The notes beneath the pieces are model-generated. The model was not told the origin of the DNA and made no database searches. It saw only the letters and a program-made list of their open reading frames with translations. The position numbers and the translations under genes are program-made. A stretch of DNA of 64,000 nt. It comes from Paragordius varius (taxonomy: Eukaryota; Animalia; Nematomorpha). Each line of letters starts with the position of its first letter. Within the stretch, counting starts at the first letter, position 1. The stretch is from the NCBI GenBank assembly GCA_964247055.1, contig OZ176052.1, forward strand, positions 7,068,001 through 7,132,000. The letters are read 5' to 3'. Shown here piece by piece: positions 21,651-33,200 of this stretch.

Positions 21651-22349
21651 TATCAATTTAGTCGTCTGAGTACTTTTCGCTGTAGTTTTCTCTTATAAAA
21701 TCGTAATATTTACTTTTTTATAAAGAAATATCAAGCATAATGGTCTAAAAGGACGATTCTAATAAAATAATCACCCGGAAAATATTTCGATCTGAAATAA
21801 AGTCTTGTTCTTTTAACCCCCATATTTGCCGCAAACACATATCCTAACGATAAACATTAAAATTTATTATAATTTATTGATAAGGCCATCAGAAATCCTT
21901 TTTATATAAAGTGGACCGCCTCCACAATGAACCTTGCAAATACATGGGTTATTATTAGGATTGTAACCCTTTTTGCATATACAATATTAATATCCTATAG
22001 TGAAAAAAATACTAATACAATAATTATTTTTTCAATATTTATGGATTGTTGTCAGGGTTCCATAACCTCACAAACTTATTTGTAGGAAAGTCTCAACTTT
22101 ACATAATTAAACTATAAAACTCGCCTTAATTAAAAATCGGAAATGTATAGGATGTTTAACATGAACTAATTAGTAAACGAGAGCTGTATTTAAATAAGAT
22201 CTCAAAAAAGATTGGGGGTCATTATGTGGAGGTTCATTGTATATCAAACACATACAATTAGAAGTTTTAACCACACTCTTTCGATAATATTTTTGAACCT
22301 AATTTTAGGGGCATATAATAAATATAAAAATAACAAAATTTATATTTTT

Positions 22350-23624
22350 TTATATACACATAAAATTGTAAAATCTGATAATCGTTTTCTTCCACCAAAT
22401 TAAGGATGCTTTGAAGTGCATGACAAAATTTAAGCGATATTTTTTATCCAACATTAAATTGAAATAAAATGTCAGCACAACAAATAAGTATTCAATCATT
22501 GTGCATAAACCAAATGTAACATCTGTCTCATATATACCCATTGAATTACTAATGTTTCGGTAGATAAGAAATATGGAGACAGGAAAAAGGAATAAAACCA
22601 CTTCCATTCCTAACACTAGTAATAACCGCGCATCTTTTATCCTTTGACTTTTATTTGATTTTTGAATGATTGATTGAGCTTTTGATAGGTATCCACTCAC
22701 TTGAGTATCCACACCTAATACAGAGGTTTGAGCATTTTGATTAGATAATTGGCTCATGTCTGAGTTAGCCAACTCTGAATCTTTAACTATATCAACTGTG
22801 CTTTTAACCATTGAGTGATTCATTTTAGAAGTGTTCATGTCACTCGGTCTCACATTGCTGACTCTTATACTCTGTTTCCAATCATGGATTTGAGACAGAT
22901 GTTTTTGACTCCAAATTTTAACAACAATTATACATAGGGCTGGAATAAACTTGGTAAACGTTTCACGAAGGATATCATAGGTTATCCAAAAGCGTTGTTG
23001 ACGAGTTGTGTTATATGTAATAAATCTATAATAAAAAATTCCGTTATCAAATCCACATACATTAGGTATGAAAAAACGATTGAACCACCATCTGGTGGGT
23101 ATATTCCAAAATGTCATGTATACGAGACAAATCGACAAATATTCGATGATATGTTTGGGTGTAAACAATTTTTTATATGCATATGGATAAATTATAGCGA
23201 TGTGTTGACTTATAGCGAATAAAACATATATGCCAAATGAAAAGCAGACCAATGTTCGAGATATGGGAAAATGATAATCGGCAATATATCGATTCCAGCT
23301 TGAACTTGCCCAAAAATTTGCATGAAAATGTTCCCCAAGCCTATCTAAGACTGGGTAGACTAACATAAATCCCATGTTTATCAAATTTACAAAGTAAAGA
23401 GACCTAGTAAATATGATTCGAGAATAAGGTTTTTGTTTAAAGGCCAGCCATAGACCAAACCCATTGCCGACAAAGCCTGTAAGACATAGTATAGGACTTA
23501 TAACAGCTATTGCGTCATCTAGCTTGTTGAAATAATTTTTGATAGGCCATTTTAAGCATTCGTTGTGTGGATAAATCCAATCTTCAATCATATATTTAGG
23601 TGAAGTCGTAAATCTAATAAACAT
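22350..23624 (-). CDS. Class A 7TM GPCR, FMRFamide-receptor/Srw-like orphan, paralog 2, intronless, 424 aa
   Basis: Colinear with paralog 1 over all TMs (e.g. NKLDDAIAVISPILCL, FWITYDILRETFTKFIPALCII). Intact ORF. N-terminus differs. Confidence 0.83.
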   Translation of the reverse strand: MFIRFTTSPKYMIEDWIYPHNECLKWPIKNYFNKLDDAIAVISPILCLTGFVGNGFGLWLAFKQKPYSRIIFTRSLYFVNLINMGFMLVYPVLDRLGEHFHANFWASSSWNRYIADYHFPISRTLVCFSFGIYVLFAISQHIAIIYPYAYKKLFTPKHIIEYLSICLVYMTFWNIPTRWWFNRFFIPNVCGFDNGIFYYRFITYNTTRQQRFWITYDILRETFTKFIPALCIIVVKIWSQKHLSQIHDWKQSIRVSNVRPSDMNTSKMNHSMVKSTVDIVKDSELANSDMSQLSNQNAQTSVLGVDTQVSGYLSKAQSIIQKSNKSQRIKDARLLLVLGMEVVLFLFPVSIFLIYRNISNSMGIYETDVTFGLCTMIEYLFVVLTFYFNLMLDKKYRLNFVMHFKASLIWWKKTIIRFYNFMCI

Positions 23625-23976
23625 GGGGTCTAAAGATGGTTTTATGATGTTTATTTGTAAATTATGTATGTTCTGTCATCGAGCAGAAATATATAATGAG
23701 GCATTTGGATATGTTAAAAATCTCCAAAATTAGATTGAAATAAAAATTTTGCTAACATTTAAAATTATATATTTATTTCCTACATAAAGAAAAATATTTT
23801 TTAAGCAAATTTCCCTTTTATTTTCTTTTGTTTATATTGTCATGATGTATATAAGGTGTAAACGGCTAATGTTTTATTAAAATAGGTAGAAGCCATAATT
23901 AAAAATAATTGGTTCATTGAAAAATGATCACATAATATAGCTTAAATGAAAAATACAATAATAAGCCATTTATATA

Positions 23977-24013
<37 letters not shown>

Positions 24014-24271
24014 GATTATATTTTAGCTCAAAAGCAATATGATACCATATAAAATTTGAGTTTTATCTCTTGTAAAGGAGCCTATCTTTCTCTATAGTAT
24101 TTTTACGCAAATTTTGATATTTGAAACCTTATTTTATGTACCAATAAATCTTATAAACACTATAACTTTTAATTGATAAAAATTTTGTGATTAAGCCAGC
24201 GATTGTTTAAAATATCCTCAATTGTATATAGAATGTGATATAAATTGCCATGCCAATTTATTTAATATATG

Positions 24272-27200
24272 TCATTTAATGTTTTTGGCCGGGACAAATA
24301 TTTTGATTTTCGAAGGTAAATTTCGTGACAAATCATTGTCTTTAATGGCCTTGATTAAAGCGCGCTCAAATAAGGCAGGATTGGAGGTATCTAATATATT
24401 ATTTATAAATTTTTAACCGTTTAATTAATTCTGTTGCAAAATACATATGATGTGATAAAAAACAGTACATAAAATCACAAAACTTGACATGTTTAAACAA
24501 TTATTATTTGGGTTTTAAAATAGTAAAAAATATATTTGCATATTTTTTATTCTTTAAAATACCTTTATTAAATGGTTGAAGAATTCGAGAGGTTATTGCA
24601 TTAATATTGTCAAAATTGTCAGGTGCTTTAGAAACTTTTTTGTTAGCATATTGAGAAGCATTTTGCATTGCTTGGGAAATAAAATAGCCTAGTGCAATTT
24701 TCGCACCCTTACCCCGTTTGGTGAATCCAGGAATAACTTTAACCTAAATTTTAGAATAATATTTATAGTACGAACATTTTTATTATATCAATTAATACTT
24801 TGATTCAAATTATTGTAATTAGTTACCCCAAGGCAACTTTAAATTATTTTGACTTAAAAACTACTAAAAATGGCGGTCCCAATAAATGTATTATGCTAAA
24901 ATTATAATAAAATATTAATATTCTAATATACAGTTTAACAACAAAAAGTATCATATTAAACTATTTCAGCGCCATTTTTTTATCATTTTTTTTGAAAATT
25001 TATTTTGGATTCTACACCTTAATTTTATGTTAAAATTTAATTAAATACACTGAACAATAAATATAAAAATATATAAAAAATTTTTATTTTAGCTCATACA
25101 CTCAATTAATGCTATGTAAATTTTAGCCCTCGGGCTAAAATCAAAAATTATCAGGTATAAATAAATTTCTTTTACACTTAGGTTTTTCGAAAAAAGAGAG
25201 AGTCATCTAGTAACTTTTAATAGCGGCATAAACAAATCTCAAATAGATTTTATACTTGTTCCAAGAGACTTATTGAAGCTTGTAATAGATTGTAAGGTCG
25301 TGCCAAACTTAGAGGTTAGTTCGCAACATAATTTACTTATTTGTAAATTTTTCGTGAAAGAAAAGTCTAAACAAAGTGGTTCTTATTCAAAGAGATTAAA
25401 AAGTATTAAGTGGGAGAAATTATCCGAAAAAAGGCAGGCTTTTATAAAAGAAATACGGTTATCCGAGGATGGTGGGTTAAATGGTGATTGGGATAAAGTA
25501 AGTCAGTTAATCAAAAAGGCAGGAACTCTAGTTTCTGGATTAAAAGGCGGAAAATCTCAAGTATACAGAGAGGCTTGGCTTTACGATGAAAGAATAATAT
25601 TGATGTCACGAGAAAAAGGTAAGGCTTTTGACAAATGGAGACATACAAGGAATGATGATGATAGAGATAAGTATAAAAGTTTAAATAAGGAATTGAAAAA
25701 ATTAGTCGGTCAGGTTAAGAAAGAAAAAATGAATTTATTTTATGATGAGTTAAATAGTAAGCAAGGTTTAAACAAAGTGTATAAAGTTGCGCAGCAAAGG
25801 AATAAACGCAGGATGGATTTGCCAGGTTATGCGACTGCAATAAAAGGAAAAGATGGAAGTTTGCTGTGCGAAAATGTAGAAATATTAAAAAGATGGAAAG
25901 AGTACTTTGTGAGTTTAGATGAAGGGGTAGGCGAGATATTTTTGCCAAATACAGTTGAAGCTACTGATAGACCAATAGAAGCAATTACACAAAAGGAAGT
26001 AGAATCTAATTTGTTAGAAATGCCAAACAACAAAGCTGTAGGATCGGACGACATAAATATAAATTGTTGGAAAGTGCTTGGAAATTCTGGATTAAATTTT
26101 TTGGAGCGTGTATTTAATAAAGTTGTTTCAACGTATGAAATCCCGGTTGAATGGAAGGAAAGTTTAACTGTGCCTTTATTTAAAGGAAAAGGTGATATAA
26201 ATGAATGTAGTAACTATAGAGGGATAAAACTTATGTCACACACTATGAAATTGTTTGAAAAAATAATTGAAAAGCGAATCAGGAAAATGATATCTATAAA
26301 AGGAAATCAATTTGGTTTCATGCCAGGAAAGTCAACAGTAGATCCTATACATGCGGTTAGGAGGTTGATTGAAAAACACATTGAAAAAAAGAAAGAATTA
26401 CACGGGGTTTTGATTGATATAGAGAAGGCGTTTGACAGGATTCCTAGAGATACTATTTGGTGGAGTCTCCGTCGTAAAAAGGTGCCAGAAAGTTTTATTA
26501 AGTTGTTACAAATAATGTACGAATCACACACTTCCAGGATTAAAACTCCACAAGGTTTATCAGAGCCCTTTTCAATAAAGCAAGGAGTCTACCAAGGCTC
26601 ATCACTCAGCCCCTTATTGTTTATAATTTGTATGGACGAGGTAGCCAAGGTTGTTAATGTGAGTTCAGGATGGTACTTAATGTATGCAGATGACATAATC
26701 ATCTTGTCTGATTCATTAATTGAATTAAAGCGAACGGTAAACAGATGGGTTGTTATGCTGGATCAATATGGTCTGAAAGTAAACAAAGCAAAAACCGAAC
26801 TTATTACTTTTGGGGGTCCACAACATGAAATGGTAGTTGATGATAGTTGGGTTCTGAAGGGTAAAGAAAGTTGCAAATATCTGGGAGCTATGTTAAGTGC
26901 AGATGGTTCGTTAACTGACGATATTAATTTAAGAATAAAGAGCAGCTGGGTAAATTGGAAGAAAATTTCGAGCGTATTATGCGATCGAAATATTGATGTT
27001 AGAGTGAAAGGTAAGATTTACAGTTCAGTTGTCCAGCCCTCAATGATGTATAATTCCCAGACATGGGGTGTCAAAAAATCCGAAGAAAGACAATTTAACG
27101 TGACTGAAATGAAAATGCTCAGAATGATGTGTGGGGTAACTAGAAAGGACAGAATCGAGAATAGATTTATTCGTGGGAGCACAGATATTAAACCAATAGT

Positions 27201-30200
27201 GGAAAGAATGTCAAAAAATAGGCTACGTTGGTTCGGGCACATTGAAAGGAGAGATTCTAATTATATTGCAAAAATAATAGATGGTTATATAGTTGAGGGA
27301 AAACGAGGACGTGGGCGACCTATAACAAAATGGATAGATACAGTAAAAAGAGAGCTAGCAGAATACGAGCTTAATGCAGAGGACGCCATAGATAGAGTTT
27401 TATGGCGAGAGAGGTTGTATAACATGACCGCTCTCACGAGTGAAAACATGTAATGTAATAATAATAATAATAATTTAGGTGGATCAATGTTATGATTGCA
27501 AACTTTTTAAATGATTTGAATACATTCCATATTTTATAAATATTTGATAATTTTTAACCTGGGGTCGTCAAAATTCTAATCGAAAGACGCATGAACATGA
27601 TTTGTAATGTAAATGGTAAACTTAATTGTTTCTTATTATTATTATAAAATATATAAGAATTTTAGGCTATATTTCATAATATAATAATTAAAATCAATGA
27701 ATATAAAATAATATATAAGCATGAAAATCACAATTTAAAATACATAAAAGATATTCAAAAAATTATACTTTATATTTAAAATCTTTCATCGAAACGTACG
27801 GGGCACAAACAGGAATAGCGTATAAAATAGTGTCAGATTCATTTTCATCTATATTTACGAAAAAAAGCAAGAATGTCAAAGAGTTTGATTTTTAATGTTT
27901 ATTATAAAAAAGTACGTGATAAATCATTTTTTTGATTGATCGTGGCAACATCGGCATAAAATGAACTTCCCGTTAATGTGAACAGAGAAGTCTGTAAATC
28001 AGACGTTAAATTATCGTCTTCGCCATCCGAAATTTCATTTTCTGAATGGGATGATTGGGACCTAGTCACAAAATATGTATAATGAAAATTTATGAAAGAA
28101 AAATATGTATTTTATTTTTTAATTGTAAAAAAATGAAGTCAAAGCGTCTGGAAACCTTAGCCAAAAAAGAAAACAATAAAACTTTACACATAAAAGTTCG
28201 AAAAATAATTATTCCCAATGTACACAAAGAGTTGTGGTTGATAAACTAATTAAAATTTACTTTAAGATTATTATATTTTTTCGAGAAAAAAAGTATAGTT
28301 ACTTATCATCATCGCTTTTATTTGAGGAATTTTGTGTTAAGGATGTATTTTCATTGATCTCTTTTATCCGATCAAAAAGGGTTATGTTTTCATTATCTTT
28401 CTCTAAATTTACGCATAAAATATTGTTAAAATATTTTATAAGGAAGGTGTTAGTGTTGAATATTAACAATGTAACTAAAGAAAAATTATCAATTCCTGGA
28501 CGCCTAACCTAAAAGGCGATAGATTTTTTAAACTTTTGATTTTTCATAATTAATAAAGTTGATAGGCTAATGCAATAAAGAAAGATTTTGTTAGATTAGA
28601 ACTAATTAACTTTATCGAATTCATTTAATTCTCTATATGAAATTTTTATGGGATATTTAATAAAATTAACTTAATTAAGGAGAGAAAGAGAGACCAAAAA
28701 ATTATGCGGGCAAAAGCCGATATGCTACTTAATATAAAAGAAATAAAAATTATCTTAAGACACAACAAATTTAACGTATTTACATTATTATATAATCATA
28801 TTAAAATGACACAATTGGCAAAAAATACTTAATATACTTCATCATACCTAATACATTGGTATTTTTAGAGCCTTCAATAATTATTTCCAATATTGATTTA
28901 ATAAAAATAAATTTCACTAATAATTTTTATAGATTACAAAGTAGCAAACTATATGTGTATGGACTACTATATAACAAACTATTATTTGGTGACCAAGTCT
29001 ATTTTAAAAGAAGTAAAATGAACTTAACCATATAATACTGATATTTTTATATTTTCGATTGCAAAATGCAGGAATGCTGACGAGAAGACGTACATAACTC
29101 AAAGCTATAAAAAAATACTCGGCAGAACTACCAGCCAAATTCAGTAGACTCTATGATTGGTCTAAAACTAAAGCAAATGAACTTACGATGTATGATTTCA
29201 TTTAAACATATAAATAAGAAACTGGAAAATGGACTCAAGAGTGTACAACCATTAAATACCCTAAATATGTAGATTGATTCAATTGATTGATATCCAAAAC
29301 TTAAATCAAATAGGGCAATATATTCCACTAAAATGAAAAAAGAGAATAATTCTAAAATCTTAAAAAAAGATTCAAATCTAATTGTTTGGAATGGTGAACG
29401 AAACCCAAAACATTTTTTAGTTCAGGTAAAAAATAAGGATATTATTTTATCTGCTATTTTATTCTTGTAATTAATTCATATGAATGCCACGCATCAACCG
29501 GAATACAAACTTGAATGTTATCATGTATGTTAGAGAAAGTACTTTAAACCTAATATAAAAATTTTGTATGGCTTTTGTAAATATGAAAGTAAAGACATTA
29601 CTCTTTGACAAAAAACCATAAATAATTAAGATATATTTATAAAATACCCTTATTCCTTTTTTTCCATAATTAAAAATCATTTTTATATAATGAATGATTT
29701 AATAAATCTTAAATTACTTTCATCTTCGTTATACGAATTTGTACGATTTTTTCCTTGTTTCCGAAGGGCTGATTTCGTAACTTTTTTGTATTTGGCCGAT
29801 GACTAAAAAACAATAAAATTTAAAAAATAAAATTAATAATTTTTTAATATCAATTTAAAATTACTGCTAGGAGTTGGAGTTTTAAAGCTCTTTCCTCCTC
29901 ATCTTGGTCGGCATATTTTTCTTTAATTTTTTTGGCTTTTGATTTTTGACCTCGTTTATAACCCGAAGTCACAGTGGGTTTAGCTGTTGATTCCATCTGA
30001 GTGATTGGGGCATTATTTTTCAGGATATGATTTTGCTTTAATTTGTAAATTTGTTAATAGATTACATTTTGTATTGCACAAAATTATTTTATTATATAAT
30101 TATCGAAAATTCATCCATAAAAAGTTTAAGTCTGAAATGTTTTTTTAAAAAAAACAATGTCTTTTCAAAAAACAGTTATCTCTATAACTTTGTTATGGTT

Positions 30201-33200
30201 ATAAATAATTTTTCATATATGATTTCTAGGAAAATAAATTAAAGAATCTAAAAACTTGATTGGTGATATGGCTAGAATTGATTTTTTGATTTTTATTGGC
30301 CGTAACTTTATGCAGTGAATCTTCCTAGAATTATATACATGTTTAACAGAAAGTTTAGGACGCGTTTTATGTCTATTCCGACATAATCTATAAAAAACGG
30401 GTTCGGTTCTTTTTTTGAAAAAATGGTTGTAATACAAGTTAAAATTTCTAAACTTATACAAAAGTTCATAAATAGCAAAAACTAGACCCATTATTGTATT
30501 TAAGCTATTTCATTAAATAAAAAACACGAAAAATGGGCAATTACATTTAAATTTTAAAACTATAAATACGCTGTTACGGCAAAAAACGATTTAGAACCAT
30601 TTTTATAAATATTAGATTCCTAATTGTTTTAAAAAAATAAGGTTTCAGTTCCGGTTTTGATTGGGTTAAAAGCATGAGGGGGCTTACTGGTTCAATCGAT
30701 AATTTTTCGATTGGGATATCCGGGAAATCATTTTCTAAATCATCATTTTCAGTTTCGGGACCGTGTTGATTATCAGAATGGCTACTATAAGATAAAATAT
30801 TTAATAAAAATAGGTAATTAAGTGAGGTATACCTATTTATTATTACCACGCAATCTTTAATTTAAAATATAAAACCTGTCCCCTTTTTCATTTTCATTTT
30901 GATCCGAATGATTTTGATTTGATTCCAATTCAATATCAGCATTATTTATTTGAGTTGAGCCAACAATCATCCTATCGTTTATATTTTCTGTGTCTTCTTT
31001 TGAGTTTGTCGATTCAAACAGTGTATTTTGCTTTTGTGATTCAAATCGTTTATGGTTTCTTTGAGCTGACATTTCATCCAATTTAAACATTATGCCAAAA
31101 CCCATAATCATAGTCAATGGTGGCAAATAATGTTTTTTACCTTAGGTAAAAAAATGGGGGCATTGATAATTAGAGTATACAATATTTAAAACCATAAACA
31201 TGTCTCCACCTATAAAATAGGCACAAATATTACTAATTAAACTTTTTTAAAAAAAGTGGTTTTTAACACTTTATTATAATCATGCGCACAATATATTGGG
31301 AAAAAATGAATTTCACAAATTACTTAATAAAGCCTATTATTTGGTCTATTAAAAATGAACTGATTACATAAACGGTACAATTGATATTGTTTAAAACAGG
31401 GAAAACAATTAAAAAACCTCCATACTTATGAATGAAAAGAATATTTTACACACCTCGAATCATAAAACTCCCAGTCGTTAAATACTCTCCAGAGGGTGCA
31501 GTTTTTGAGACCTGATGAGCATGGACCCACCAAACCCCTACCGTTATTTTAGCTTCCCAGGCTGAACTGTAACACAGAGCCATAATACCTGCTTCATTTA
31601 TCGTTTTGGGTGGAATGTTTGTTTTCCCATCTTCAACGTTACTATCATTCGAGTCTATTATTTTGTGAAATAAGATAATGTTAAGCACAGAATATATAAG
31701 ATATATATATAATATATTATTTGCGATTAAAATTCAATCTTTAACGCTTTGAATAGTAAAACATGTCAAATCTAAACAACTATCAGTTTCTGGAATTAAC
31801 CCGTGATTAGGATTTCTATTGGCTTTGGGACTTTTCGATATATTATTCTATATGACCTTATTATTTTTAATAATGTTAAACATTTTAAGATATTTAAAGC
31901 CTTTAAATATATTTTTTATATAAAAAAGATTAAAATAAAAAATTACCTATCTATTGAAAAAAATACTTATATAATTATCAATAGAATGAAAAACAAAATT
32001 AGAAATCTCTACCAAAAAAATTGGTCTGGCAATTATACCCACGGCTGAAAGACTTAATTGTTTAGATTAATTTAGAGTGTAAATGATTATTTTAGAATGT
32101 AAATGATTTACTGATGATTATTCTCAAGTCAGATAAAAAAGTTAAATAAATACCATATGGCCCTTTCTTTAAGTGATTCTTTATAATGATACTAGATGCG
32201 CCATGCATATCGGCATGGACATACAAATCACCGGGTTCTAAATATTTCTTAACCAAAATTTCGTTTTGTTGTTGATCTCGGCCACCAAGGACAAGGAAAT
32301 GATCAGATGTAATGAACCAATAAAATTTTTCAAACCTTTATAGTAAAAGGCAAATATATTATAGAAAATTTAATAGTAGTATTTAGATAAAAACTGTTAT
32401 AATTAAGCGTGTTGGATCAAAATAATTTTTATAGAAGCGAAAATATATTAAAAACTAAAACTAAAAAAAAGTAGGGTAATTGGTACACTAGTTACAAAAA
32501 AAACGGTTTAAATTAGCGTTTTGGTTCTGAACGATTGTAAAAATAACCAGTCAAAATATGTTGAAATATGATCATCGCGTGAAATTTTGTTTAATAAATG
32601 CGAAATAAAAAAATTTAATTATTTTTTAATGGTAAAGAATAAAAGCAATATGATAGGTTAATTTATTTGAAATATATACCATTTACAATTCAAATCCACC
32701 CTTGGACAATTCAAATTCACCCTTTAACAATTCAAATTCACCTTTGAACAATTTAAATTCACCCTAAAAATAAATTATGTGTTTTCAAACTAATATAACT
32801 CATTATTAATATGAAATATATGTTTATGGTATATATTATTATTTTTTCAGTATTATTTTAATCTAATATGAATTGTTCAAAAGCAATTGTTTAAGGAGGA
32901 ATTTGAATTGTTTATAGATGCATTCGAATTGTTTAAGAATTTGAATTGTAAATAGTATATTTTTGCATATGTATTATTATAACACTGTTTATGACCATAA
33001 ATGATTGCATACATAAGGGCAGTCAAGACCGATTATTATATTTTAACTGCTAAAACGCAACTCAACTCTATCACAATATTGGCAAGTAGTAGATAGTTTT
33101 CCTACCAAAAAATGCGTCTAGCCTTATTGATATTGACTTGTAGGTTAAAATCTTTAAGCAATTGTTGTGTTTTATGTTGAGCCGATTTAAGTGCTTTTGC

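Noticed and set aside
25715-27242. Four minus-strand ORFs of 74-77 aa
   Set aside because: Antisense shadows of the RTE coding frame.
28520-29700. Exon-like plus-strand segments in a NEMF intron ([16 protein letters not shown] etc.) suggesting a nested gene, and alternative minus-strand mini-exons
   Set aside because: Every splice combination I tried on the plus strand hit stops or phase conflicts. NEMF splices in phase directly from 29718 to 28402. Unresolved without RNA data.
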